A stretch of DNA of 63,834 nucleotides, the filler included, from Octopus bimaculoides (taxonomy: Eukaryota), in assembly GCF_001194135.2 (NCBI RefSeq). It is 8 parts of 6 records of this genome, joined end to end, with 100 filler letters (N's around TTAATTAATTAA, not from the genome) between each part and the next. Parts side by side here need not be neighbours in the genome. Positions count along the whole stretch, not along the records: positions 24,644 to 34,216 come from NC_068992.1; positions 34,317 to 45,552 come from NC_068987.1; 6 more parts are not named here. One strand, written 5' to 3'. Below are positions 24,735-37,304 of the stretch, one piece after another. Under the pieces are notes generated by a model, which was not told the DNA's origin, did not search any database, and saw nothing but the letters and a program-made list of their open reading frames with translations. The translations under genes and the position numbers were made by a program. Position 1 is the stretch's first letter. Each line of letters begins with the position of its first letter.

Positions 24735-24945
24735 ATCTAAAGATCTACAAGGCTCCAACAAGGGGAGGGTGGCGACCCCTGTTGTACTCTTTCGCACCAA
24801 CTTTCACTCATTCTTTTTTCCTGTTTCTTGAGTAAAGCTGTGATGGACTGGCGTCCCGTCCAGCTGGAGGGGAAACATACGCCATAGATACCGGGAAAAC
24901 GGGCCCATGAGCCAGGGTAGGCTTTAAAGGGGCGCATAAATAACT
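24735..24945 (+). mobile_element. SINE family C-related fragment with a different 3' part
   Basis: CTAAAG..AGGCTCC..GGGG.GGTGGCGA.CCCTG.TGTACTCTT shared with the 21336 element; downstream sequence unrelated to it. Confidence 0.6.
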
Positions 24946-25339
24946 ATATAATTCATTGATATGCTGGTCCCGCACGGCACTAGCGCAACGTGAAATAGAG
25001 TGTTATGCTCAAGAAAACAACACGTCACCCAGTGCAAGAATCGAAAACATTTTTTAGCAATCATGAGTGCAAAACCCTAACCACAATGGCGTGTGCATTT
25101 ACAACAACGTACAAAGTAAAGATTATATGATGATTCTTGTAAACTTCCCATAAAATAAAGATGGTTTGCCTCATGTTAGCTTAAAGATTTCACATGTAGA
25201 TCTGTACTATACAGAAACCGAAGTGTAAAGTAAATATGGGCGAACTTTCTTGCACGAAAATGGTAGCATAATGTGAAATATGAACAAAAAGGCGCAGCGG
25301 TGAGGTGAGAAGTTTCAGGCAAAATACCGCAAAGCATTT

Positions 25340-25575
25340 TGCTCGGCCAGGAGCCTTCATTTCCGGCACTGGAATACTGCAGTACTTCAGGAATCACCTG
25401 AAAAGCAAGATAGGGCTGGAGAGGAGGAACCTGTCGAGAGGTGTATATGAGAAAAGATGGAAAGATGTGGTAAGGAAGTTGGGAATGAATGTCCCTTCTT
25501 AATCCACCCATGGTAATAGTAAGGTTTAGACGCTAGATAATAAGCCGAAAAATCGGAGGAAAAAGAAAGGCAATT
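25340..25575 (+). mobile_element. Probable Tx1/L1-clade LINE 3' end
   Basis: FISGTGILQYFRNHLKSKIGLERRNLSRGVYEKRWKDV resembles the F...LK.KI..ER......F..RW terminus of Tx1-like ORF2; recognised from memory, short. Confidence 0.45.
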
Positions 25576-26110
25576 TAAATTTCTATTGTATATTTTTAAT
25601 TCAAAATATATATTTTTCAAAAAACGACTCTTATAAACTCGCTAAGCGATCTTCTTAAATGTTTGTAGTGTCCTGTGCTGTCCTTTCTATGTGAGATATT
25701 TTTATTATCATAATAAAGAGAATCGGTCTGCTAACGATTCTACCAGCTCACCGACTTATTTCCTGTCCTAATATTGGTGTTTCTTATTACAAGAGGATCG
25801 TGGATGCGAGAGATGTCACTTGATGCATGTATTTAATAAATATAAAACAACTCATGATTCTAACTCACCAAAAGTATTATGTGTATATGCGTGTGAATGT
25901 TTGTGTGCGTGTGTGTGTTTGTGTGTTTGTGTGTGTGCCCGTGTGTGTGTGTGAAAGAGAGAAAGAGCGTGTGTGTGTGCGCGCGCTTACGCGTAGGTAA
26001 GTTTGGAGTTGGCAGAAACTTTAATATATCATACATAATATCTTGCGGTACCTGTTTCGAATCAATGTGGCTCTAAGTTCAATATCCCATGAGGGCAAAA
26101 TATTCCTTAC

Positions 26111-26321
26111 CTGCTGGCCGTGTTGACGTATGACATATTTTTACTCAGTGGAATACTGGCAGGATTCTTGGCGTCATGGACGGGAGATCTCTGGACATAA
26201 GTTTAAATCAGCTTCCATTCCGACGGCAACACATGTCACGTCACTGGTACCGAGACGTAGCATACAGTACTTTTCCACGGCCAATATCAGTGAGCTACAG
26301 GGACAAGAAACTTCTGGTAAT
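26111..26321 (-). other. Candidate host exon (5' UTR plus start codon MSYVNTAS)
   Basis: Acceptor ATTTCACAG| at 26322/26321, donor CAG|GTAAGG at 26111/26110, AAAAATATG start at 26136; non-repetitive; no partner exon found. Confidence 0.3.
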
Positions 26322-26422
26322 CTGTGAAATGCGTTGCCCAAGCCTAATCTTACATGCAAAATTCCACGAAACATTCTGGTACTCCATATGTATGTAGGTA
26401 TGTATGTATGTATCTATCTATC

Positions 26423-26501
<79 letters not shown>

Positions 26502-27040
26502 NNNNNNNNNNNNNNNNNNNNNNNNNNNNNNNNNNNNNNNNNNNNNNNNNNNNNNNNNNNNNNNNNNNNNNNNNNNNNNNNNNNNNNNNNNNNNNNNNNN
26601 NNNNNNNNNNNNNNNNNNNNNNNNNNNNNNNNNNNNNNNNNNNNNNNNNNNNNNNNNNNNNNNNNNNNNNNNNNNNNNNNNNNNNNNNNNNNNNNNNNNN
26701 NNNNNNNNNNNNNNNNNNNNNNNNNNNNNNNNNNNNNNNNNNNNNNNNNNNNNNNNNNNNNNNNNNNNNNNNNNNNNNNNNNNNNNNNNNNNNNNNNNNN
26801 NNNNNNNNNNNNNNNNNNNNNNNNNNNNNNNNNNNNNNNNNNNNNNNNNNNNNNNNNNNNNNNNNNNNNNNNNNNNNNNNNNNNNNNNNNNNNNNNNNNN
26901 NNNNNNNNNNNNNNNNNNNNNNNNNNNNNNNNNNNNNNNNNNNNNNNNNNNNNNNNNNNNNNNNNNNNNNNNNNNNNNNNNNNNNNNNNNNNNNNNNNNN
27001 NNNNNNNNNNNNNNNNNNNNNNNNNNNNNNNNNNNNNNNN

Positions 27041-27075
<35 letters not shown>

Positions 27076-28861
27076 TATATGCGCACATACATGTTTGCTT
27101 CATATATTCATATATATATATATATATAGAAACACAACGTGTAGAATTACTGTATGATATACAATTTTCCATAATTATAATTACAATTTCAGTACTAAAT
27201 AGTACAATGTCATATCTCTGTTAGCATATACATTACCTATACACACAGCAGTACGTGTATGCAGTTGGTGAGGAAGCTTACACAGTCTATTCAATACGGG
27301 TTATATGAGCCAGCATATATACAAATATATATATATACACACACTTACGTATGTACATACATATATGCATACATACATACGTGCATATATACGTACATGC
27401 ATACGAATATGTGTGTGCGTGCGTGAGCGCTTCAATAATATTTTAATGCATATTGACTTGCGCTGCAGAGATCTATGACAACTCTTTGTTAATATTCATA
27501 CTCTAGCGTATAGCTGCATTAATAATTGAAACTCTCATTGACGTATTCATTTAGTATTTCATATAACTTGGACACAGACAGATGCTCACGGACGCTTACA
27601 TACACAAACACCTTGTACACAATTACAGTGCATCAAACATACGCAACCACCACATGCATATACGCACACATATCTAGAAGCGACTTAAACACCAACGCTC
27701 AGAAATCCACATACATAAAAACTCTACATAAACACAACTATAGAAGCATCCCATTCACAAATGTATAGAACTACGCATACACAAATGCCTCGTACACAAA
27801 CACACCCAAAGATCAATAACTACGTTTCTGTTGGAAACAAACGTAAACAAGTAAGAAAATATTTTTCAAGTTAGAAATCGTTTTACTCACGTTAGTAGCT
27901 GAAGCTATAGTTATGTGTTTCCTACAACAAATAGTTGGAATTCATACTGAAACTTATTCTCACCTACGGTGAAAAGGAATAATTACGCATAAGCAAGCTC
28001 TACAATAGCATAAAGCTATTGAAATAGCAGAAGCATTAGACGAAATTTTATGAAATCTTGATTCAGTAGAGGAATGGCAAATTTTGAATTATCGTCAACA
28101 CTACACACTCCTTTTATCATTTAGTTTTCTCTTTTTGGCTATGATTCTTGTCAACTGTACCTTTTGCGGCATCTCATCTGAAATAAAATTATGAAGGATA
28201 GCGACAACAAAAACTTCACCAACCACTGTAGAAACATGAATAAGGAAAGCAGCAATGAAAAAGTAATAAATATCATGGAAGAAGATAATGAGAATATATT
28301 CAGAATTTCTATGAGTAATTACAATCTATAGCAAGGGAAACTCATTTATATAATATATATATAACAGGTTGTATAGTCGACTGTAATTTGTAATTGTTTC
28401 AATGTGTTTTGTATCAGCTGTGACGAGGTGCGCCCTATGCTTATAATTTACATAATGAAGTCCTATTGAAATATCCACAAAGCGAATTTGCTCCCGTTAT
28501 TTTGCAAGGATTTGCAGACATTGCTACAACATAATAAATTCAATATTGTATAAGTTCTATGCATTGGGTGTTCAAACCTTTTATTCTATTCACGTAAGAT
28601 CGATACATGTGCAAGTCATATACAGGACAATATCAGTTCTTTCCAGAGTTTCAACGAATGACAGATTGCTTTCATTTTAGTTTAAGTTACGTAGTATGTT
28701 ATAAAACACGAGGAACACATTGTCGATGGCGCTAAACTCAATCGATACCAAATGGAAGGTGCAACTCATATTCCTTTTAGCCAGAACTTACATCATCCAT
28801 AACAGCCATCTTGGACAGGAGGAAGAGAAAAATAAAACCTATGACACCTTATCCGAATTCT

Positions 28862-28937
28862 ATATTTAAGAGATGAGGAATTATGTACATTATTTACATT
28901 ATATTTGTCCTCATCTTGTTGATTGTTAACACAACGT

Positions 28938-29004
<67 letters not shown>

Positions 29005-29175
29005 TAACAATAATAATAATAATAGCATCTAAAAATACTTTAGGAATGAGAACCCAGGTTCGAAATTTCCGCAAGACACCTGATGAAGGCTGGAGGGTAT
29101 ATCGGCCGAAACGTCGTGTTAACAACAAACAGGATGAGGACAAATATCCGTCAAATGTAAATAATGTAAATGATG
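28862..29175. mobile_element. Penelope-like pseudo-LTR (hammerhead family 1) with inverted partial copy across (AAT)n
   Basis: Plus copy 29026-29175; minus partial copy 28862-28939 begins at AAACGTTGTGTT. Confidence 0.75.
29075..29120 (+). ncRNA. Minimal type I hammerhead ribozyme, intact core
   Basis: Stem I GACAC/GUGUU; CUGAUGA 29080-29086; extra A; stem II GGCUG/CGGCC; GAAAC 29108-29112; GUC triplet 29113-29115; palindromic stem III ACGU. Confidence 0.75.
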
Positions 29176-29180
29176 TAAAT

Positions 29181-29351
29181 AGGTGCAGGAGTGGCTGTGT
29201 GGTAAGTAGCTTGCTTACCAACGACATGGTTCTGGTTTCAGTCCCAGTACGTGGTACCTTGGGCCGACCAATGCCTTGTGAGTGTATTTGGTATGCGGGA
29301 ACTGAAAGAAACCCGTCGTATATGCATATATATATATGTGTGTGTGTGTGC

Positions 29352-29383
<32 letters not shown>

Positions 29384-29595
29384 GTGCGTGTATGTCTTTG
29401 TGTGTTTGTGTGTCTGTGTTTGTCCACTCAACATCGCTTGACAACCGATGCTGATGTGCAAAAGAGACCGATAGAATAAGTATTAGGCTTACAAAGAATA
29501 AGCTCTGGGGTTGATTTGCGCGACTAAAGTCGGTGTTCAAGCATGGCCGTAGTCAAATGACTGAAACAAATAAAAGAATAAAAGAATAAAAGAAT
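29181..29595 (+). mobile_element. Full SINE family A copy
   Basis: Head, (TA)n(TG)n linker, right half (internally shortened) and AAAAGAAT tail. Confidence 0.9.
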
Positions 29596-30215
29596 AACGA
29601 TCTTATTCGAGGTTTCAAATCTGAAGTCAATTAAGAAACATGAGCATACAATTAGCGAGCTACGCATAATTAATTTTCCCGCTAATAAAAAAAGAATTAT
29701 GAGTGCATCTTTCTTCACTTCTTTGGTTCAATGAGAGGGTAGAGGGGGGGAATCGTAAACAGAATAAAAATGACAACGTAGATGACATTTCAAATATGAA
29801 TCAGCAGCGTATTAGGAGAGACACGTTTCCATGCCCGTCAATCCTTCAGGACAATAGGAAACAAGTAATTAGTACATAGCAGGCAGTTAATGAATGACCC
29901 TCGACAGAAACGCAGTCGCAACTACGCAAAGACCAGCACAAACTGTTCAACATGATTTACAGAAGTAGCTTAAATAACACATCTTGATTTATCAAATCAA
30001 TGTCTTCCCCGCAAACTATCAAACTGATAAAATTCCCCACACGTTGTATTTTGTATTTAACATTCAATAACCATCTGTTTTTCTTTTTCTTCCCGCTTTC
30101 TGTGCGATTTTGTGCTTGTCCTCTTCAAATATTCCGTGCGAAACTTCGGCCGACAGTAAAACACAGACACATACACGCACACACGCACTTATGTATGTAT
30201 ATATTTATGCAGATG

Positions 30216-30262
30216 TATAGATAGATAGATAGATAGATAGAAAGAAAGAAAGATAGATAGAT

Positions 30263-30328
<66 letters not shown>

Positions 30329-30330
30329 CT
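30216..30330. repeat. (GATA)n/(GAAA)n tetranucleotide microsatellite
   Basis: Direct reading. Confidence 0.95.
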
Positions 30331-31101
30331 ATACATGTACATACATATCCAAGTGAGAGAGACATAGAAGCAGAAACTGAACGCACATGTGTGTGTCTGT
30401 GTATTTTTGTCTATATTAATTTCGTCGGTATTGATTCAGTGCAATCAGTCTGTCTTACCTCATTTAGCTGTGTGTTACATAAAACTATAATTTCAGTGAC
30501 AATGTCACTTCTTATTCCGATCTGGTTATTTCACTTCGGAACAATTCACAACCGGTTTTGTATTAACTAATAAGATATTGAAAATCTGTGTTCGCATGCA
30601 TTGTCAACTACCAACACAGGGAGAAACACAGATATGTAAATACATACAGACACGCGCGCGCACACATGCATTTATTATTATTATTTATTATTTTTTTGTC
30701 AGTATATTATTAAAATACCAGACACAATATCATGTTGAAAGTTGTAATAATTTTTGAATTTTATATGTACAATGAGCCCAATATAAATGTGTGTTTGCGT
30801 TCGATTTTTGGCGAATATAAACCTAAGCTAGTTACAACACATGATCGTGAATATATAAGGAGGTGAAGGAAAGACGGGGCAGCATTTTTGAAATACTCAA
30901 CGAAATTTTCAGACAAATAGTTCATATTTTCTTGTAATAAAAAAATTAGTATAAGATGATATATTGATGGGATATGCTTTGCAAAGTCCAGCTCAAAACT
31001 GGTTCATCCACCACGAGTATCCAATGTTTTGTATAGTATAATATATCAACTATTAAATAATATATGATATATAAAATGTAATATATGTGTGAGCATGTTT
31101 G

Positions 31102-31151
<50 letters not shown>

Positions 31152-31188
31152 TATATCTATATATATACACAGGCATATATATATATAA

Positions 31189-31226
<38 letters not shown>

Positions 31227-32673
31227 AAAAATATGCTTACAGATAAACATATATGTGTGCGTGTGTGTGTGCATATGCGTGCATGTGTGTGAACGTGTGT
31301 GTGTGTGTGTGTTTATGTGCATGTGATGTGATAAATGCGTATTCACGTATACGTACAAGCGCATGTAGACACACACACATACATATGCATAAATCATATA
31401 TACGTACATATTCTATAGATAGATACACAGAGAGAGACACACTGACAGACAGACAGAGAAAGAATGAGAGAGAAACAGAGATAAAAATAGCTGCATGCGT
31501 GTTTATATGTATACTTGATTATTTTAATTGAGTCGGTTTTGATACAGAACAGTCAGTATGTCTGACTTCATTTAACATTGTGTTACATAAAACCACAATT
31601 TCAGTGACATTGTCATTTCTTATTCCAATCTGTTTGTTTCACATTTAAACAATTTTAAACTGGCTTAGTACTAACGTGTATTATAATCAAAGTCTGCAAT
31701 TGGGAACACACGCTGACTCTCTGAAGCAAACATCTACAATCACACAAATCTAACCACCTTCACACATGTATGCATACTCCTGTATAAATATATATATATA
31801 TATATATATANNNNNNNNNNNNNNNNNNNNNNNNNNNNNNNNNNNNNNNNNNNNNNNNNNNNNNNNNNNNNNNNNNNNNNNNNNNNNNNNNNNNNNNNNN
31901 NNNNNNNNNNNNNNNNNNNNNNNNNNNNNNNNNNNNNNNNNNNNNNNNNNNNNNNNNNNNNNNNNNNNNNNNNNNNNNNNNNNNNNNNNNNNNNNNNNNN
32001 NNNNNNNNNNNNNNNNNNNNNNNNNNNNNNNNNNNNNNNNNNNNNNNNNNNNNNNNNNNNNNNNNNNNNNNNATATATATGTATATATATATGTATATAT
32101 ATGTATATATATATATATATAGGCACACACATATAAACATACATACATACTACATATACATATATATATGTGTGTGTGTGTGTCCGTGTGTGTCCGTGTG
32201 TGTCTCTGTGTGTGTGTGTGTGTGTGTGATAAGAGGAAAGAGAAAGATTTTATTTTGCTTACGTAGCAGCACAATAAAATAAAGATGATTAAATAAAATT
32301 TTATGCAGGAAGTTTGTAGAATCTTAAGTTAATTTAGGTGTGGTAAATTAATATTAAATTTGCGAATGCGGTTGCACAGGGTCTACCGAATGTCGACGTC
32401 AGAGAATTCGATAAAATATCAGTCTGTGATGGCTGACGTTCATGCTCACTGTTTGCTGTTCGTCATGCAATCAGTAGGTTTCTAAATGGAAATTTAGAGT
32501 ATGATTCCGTATATAAAAATTGCTGTTGTTTTTTTTAAAAGCCTAAAATCTAATATACAGCTTTGCTATTTGCTAGGAATCACTGTCTTGAACCTTTCGT
32601 ATATAGTCTGTTATTTTTCTATTAATACGTACAGATACATGCATACATAATAACACACAAAAACACACATATA

Positions 32674-32835
32674 GGCGCATCCGTGGCTGTGTGGTAAGAA
32701 GCTTGCTTTACAACCACATGGTTCTGGGTCATTCACACTGTATGGCACCTTGGGCAAGTGTTTTCTACTATAGTCATGGGCCGACCAAAGCCGTGTGAGT
32801 GGATTTGGTAGACAGAAACTGAAGGAAGCCCGTCC
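32674..32835 (+). mobile_element. SINE family A left half
   Basis: AGGCGCATCCGTGGCTGTGTGGTAAGAAGCTTGC...CTGAAGGAAGCCCGTC. Confidence 0.85.
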
Positions 32836-34415
32836 TATATATGTATATATGTATAGCTCTCTCTCCCTCTCTCTATTTCTATGTATATGTGTGTGTGTTT
32901 GTGTGTATATATATATATATATGTTTCTTACTGCAAATCTCCGCATACAGATTTAATAATCTTTAACTTCTACTATTACCGTCTCCGATAAAGGGATACA
33001 TTGAATACCCCCCTGAAACAGCTGTAAGACATTGAACATAAAATATAAATTTATTTATGCCATTGGTCTCTTTNNNNNNNNNNNNNNNNNNNNNNNNNNN
33101 NNNNNNNNNNNNNNNNNNNNNNNNNNNNNNNNNNNNNNNNNNNNNNNNNNNNNNNNNNNNNNNNNNNNNNNNNNNNNNNNNNNNNNNNNNNNNNNNNNNN
33201 NNNNNNNNNNNNNNNNNNNNNNNNNNNNNNNNNNNNNNNNNNNNNNNNNNNNNNNNNNNNNNNNNNNNNNNNNNNNNNNNNNNNNNNNNNNNNNNNNNNN
33301 NNNNNNNNNNNNNNNNNNNNNNNNNNNNNNNNNNNNNNNNNNNNNNNNNNNNNNNNNNNNNNNNNNNNNNNNNNNNNNNNNNNNNNNNNNNNNNNNNNNN
33401 NNNNNNNNNNNNNNNNNNNNNNNNNNNNNNNNNNNNNNNNNNNNNNNNNNNNNNNNNNNNNNNNNNNNNNNNNNNNNNNNNTATCTATTTATTTATTTAT
33501 TTATATAAGGGCATTACTATACATGAATGCCTCACGCTATGAGGGACTTTAAGGTCAAACTACGATAATGAACACATTTTTACCGAACGGGAGGAAATGC
33601 AACTCTCAAAGCTAGCCCCTTAAAAACAGTCTAAATTATAGATCATGATTTCGTAGTTATTGCAGTATTATGTAACTTCTACTCGTCGGTATAATATGGT
33701 CAAAACACATAGAAATAAACAGAAAATCAACATTCCAAACGAACACCTCGTGTATCCGGCAAGAAGATTGTTTATTCCTATATATCTATGTAAGTGGCGA
33801 TGGTATATTTTGTTAACAACGTAGTAGAGTACAGTATAAAGCTCGTCCACCTTTATATTTATCCCGTGCTATCCACTAGTATCTCCGGGTTTGCGTTTAG
33901 GCATCTGCCCTGTGTGAATGGATAATTGAAAAAGTTTGGGGTCATCAGGAATGAGTACGGTTGGATATATATTTTCAATCACTACAATTGTTTCTATGCA
34001 ACGTAGTATTCCAGATGTGCACGTAATTGATTATGCAACCGTTTCCCTGCATTACTGGATCTAGTTGTGCTTCATCAGGCGATATGTAAACATTGTCTCC
34101 GTAAGTTCAAATTGACGTCTTGAAGAGTGCCCTCTCTGTCTGTCGTGTCCTGGAATTAGTAGTATCCACTGAAATTATCAAAGGTGCGTTGTTGCTGAAG
34201 AATCCGATATACATATNNNNNNNNNNNNNNNNNNNNNNNNNNNNNNNNNNNNNNNNNNNNTTAATTAATTAANNNNNNNNNNNNNNNNNNNNNNNNNNNN
34301 NNNNNNNNNNNNNNNNCTAAACCACAGTTATTTTGTGTTCTTTGCTACATTGGTTTCTATTAACCCATTTATTCTATCAGAAGAATCTTTATTCATTAAG
34401 ATAGAAGAAATACAC

Positions 34416-34449
<34 letters not shown>

Positions 34450-34451
<2 letters not shown>

Positions 34452-35012
34452 CATCATCGTCATTTAATGTCTGCTTTCCATGATGGCATTGGTTGGACGG
34501 TGTGACTGAGGACTGGCAAGCCAGAAGGCTGCACCAGGCTCCAATCTGATCTGGCAAAGTTTCTACAGCTGGCTGCCCTTCTTAACGCCAACCACTCCGA
34601 GAGCATAGTGGGTGCTTTTTACATGCCACCGGCACGGGAGCCAGTCTGGTGGCACTGGCAATGACCACAGTCTAATGAATGGTGCTTTTTATGTGTCACT
34701 GGCACAGGACCTGTCAGGCGGCACTGACATTGACCACACTCATATTGTGCTTTTTACATGCCACTGGCATGGGTACCAATCAAGCAGTACTGGTATTGGC
34801 CACAACAATGACTTCACTTGACTCAACAGGTCTTCACAAGCGCACTTTATTGCCCAATGATTGAAAAGTACTCTGAAATAGGCTGGTTATGCTGTACTGG
34901 CATTGCCCATGGCTGCGGTCAGTGCAGCATAACCAGCCCATTTAGGAGTACCCTTCAATATTGGCCAATAAACTGTGCTTGTGAAGACCTGTTGAGTCAT
35001 GTGAAGTCATTG
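34450..35012 (-). mobile_element. RTE 3' UTR fragment ending in an inverted duplication
   Basis: Tail and UTR match the 15143 and 45263 copies; 34806-34899 is inverted at 34920-35012. Confidence 0.85.
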
Positions 35013-35712
35013 TGTGTGTAAGTATATATATATATATATGTATGTATATATCTATATGTATATATGTGTGTATGTATATATATATATATATATGTATGTA
35101 TATGTATGTATGTGTATATGTATATATGTATATACATAGTCTATTCCTAGCTACAATAGCGACAACATGAATTTCTTCCATCTTCTTGCTCTGTTAGAAT
35201 ATTTAAGAAAAATTATATTAATGCATCCTACTTCTTAAAATTCCATATATTTATTTGTGCATTTAAATTGAAGTAATGATTGCATTCTTCAATTAAATGG
35301 AGCAGTTTGAAACGGTTGTATTGCATCACTACTTGATATCCTGTTGCTTATTTTGAGATATATTTATGTATGTATGTGTGTATGTATGTATGTTTGTATG
35401 TATGTATATGTGTGTGTGTGTGTATACATATGTATATATATGTGTGTCTGTGTGTGCATGCGTGTGTATATGTGAATGTGTATATATATATGTGTGTGCG
35501 TATGTGTATGTATGAATATATATGTATGCATGTGTGTGTGTGTATATATATGAGTTTGTGTGTGTGTGCGTGTGTGTCTGTGTGTGTGTTTATATATATA
35601 TATACTAAGACCATCTAATGATATAAATTCAGGATAGTCCAACATCATGATAATGCTAAAATAACAGTAAAATGTGTATGTATGTATGCGTGAATGTGTG
35701 TGTGTGTATATA

Positions 35713-35747
<35 letters not shown>

Positions 35748-35995
35748 ATGTGTGTGCACATATATATATCTACTATGTCCATCTAATGATACAAATTCAT
35801 GTTAGTTCATCATCATGGTAATACTAAAATAACAGTAAAATAACAGAGCACTTATTATGACCGTTAACAGAACTAGCATGTGGTAGATGTTATTGTAGGT
35901 AAAATTGGTAATATTTTGGAATGTAATTAAGGAAAATCTTTGGTTCAGTAAACATTTCCTACAACCATCCCCTCTTTGTGTATGTGTATATATGC

Positions 35996-36028
<33 letters not shown>

Positions 36029-36083
36029 TAAATGCATATATATGTATATAAATGCATATGTGTATATATATATTATATATATA

Positions 36084-36249
36084 TCCAAAGTTTTTAATTT
36101 TAAAAGAGAGTTTTGACGTAAGGCAATTTATGTTTGACTTAAATTTGACTGTCAAATATAGCCTTATACAGAAATATTGACATAGGAATAAATTTCAATA
36201 ATAATGGATATTAGCGTCAAAACTCTCTTTTAAAATTTAAAACTTTGGA
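36084..36249. mobile_element. MITE-like element, ~35-bp terminal inverted repeats, TA-flanked
   Basis: TCCAAAGTTTTTAATTTTAAAAGAGAGTTTTGACG ... CGTCAAAACTCTCTTTTAAAATTTAAAACTTTGGA. Confidence 0.75.
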
Positions 36250-36374
36250 TATATAACCAAGGAGAACTATCCTTAAGGAGTCTACTTTAGACTTTTTGCG
36301 ATGAAATCTGTTGCAATATTGGTAACGATTACATGTTTTTCTATGAAGAAATATATATATATATTAACACTCTA

Positions 36375-36745
36375 CTTCCTGAAGCAAAGGCGGGAGAGGT
36401 ATGCAGTAATATACATCTGGAAGATCTGGGAACAAAAATGTGCCAAATTTTGGAATTGAAAACTGCACCAATGCCAGAACGGATTGACACTACACAGTGC
36501 CAAAGATCCCAGCAATGCCATCATGCATCAGGACCAGTTACTGCATCAGCCTGGGTTTCAGGTGCCCATAGCTTTTTAATATTTTCCCAAAGATCCTGAG
36601 GAACCTACACAAAGTGGATGTAAGTGTTTTCAAATCAAGGGTGGACCTCTTCCTGTTGAGAGTCCCAAATGAACCTACCTCACGGTAAGAGGTGCAAATG
36701 AGGGTAGCAACATCAAACTCCATCCTTCACCAAGTGCCACACATT
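36375..36745 (+). mobile_element. CR1-clade LINE 3' remnant
   Basis: LKQRRERYAVIYIWKI and SLGFRCP*LFNIFPKILRNLHKVDVSVFKSRVDLFL; same family as 12700-13720. Confidence 0.8.
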
Positions 36746-37304
36746 TGAGGAGGCTCTCAGTAATAATAGTGTAGCAAAACGGTGGTGCCCCTGCATGGCC
36801 GCAGCTCTGAGCTGAAACTACAAAAAGAAAAAAAAAAGATATATATATATATATACACACATATATATACATATTTCCTCAGTCAAGTTACCAGAAGTCC
36901 TTACTGTTTCATGCAGTTCGATCTCATTGCCCCCAAAAAGTCTAAGTTAAGATTAGATATTTTTGTAAGAAAGCTAGTGAATGTGTATGGCAACAAAAAC
37001 AAAAAAATGGAGAATATGGTACACAATTACAAATACAAACAGCAAAAAATAACAACAGGTGTCTTTCAACTGAGTATTAATCAAATTGAGCTGGCTTGTA
37101 TGAAGTGAAAGCCTAAAGGCAGGAACATAGGAGATGGACATAGGAGGTGTTGGCAGTCGGCAGTCAGGCCAAAAAAGAAAGATCATGGCTGGCCGGACAC
37201 CGGTTACATGGAAAGAGAATAGAGGATTAGGGGGCAGAGGAATTGAAGGATTAGAAAAAAAAAATCAGAGACAAAGGGAAAGGTACAGGGGATATAAACA
37301 ATTT

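Noticed and set aside
34030-34085. Minus-strand CTGATGA...GAAACGGTT
   Set aside because: Stem II not adjacent to GAAAC and stem I only 2 bp.
36900-37110. AT-rich plus ORF (TTGVFQLSINQIELACMK)
   Set aside because: Might be a transposase remnant but no motif could be assigned.
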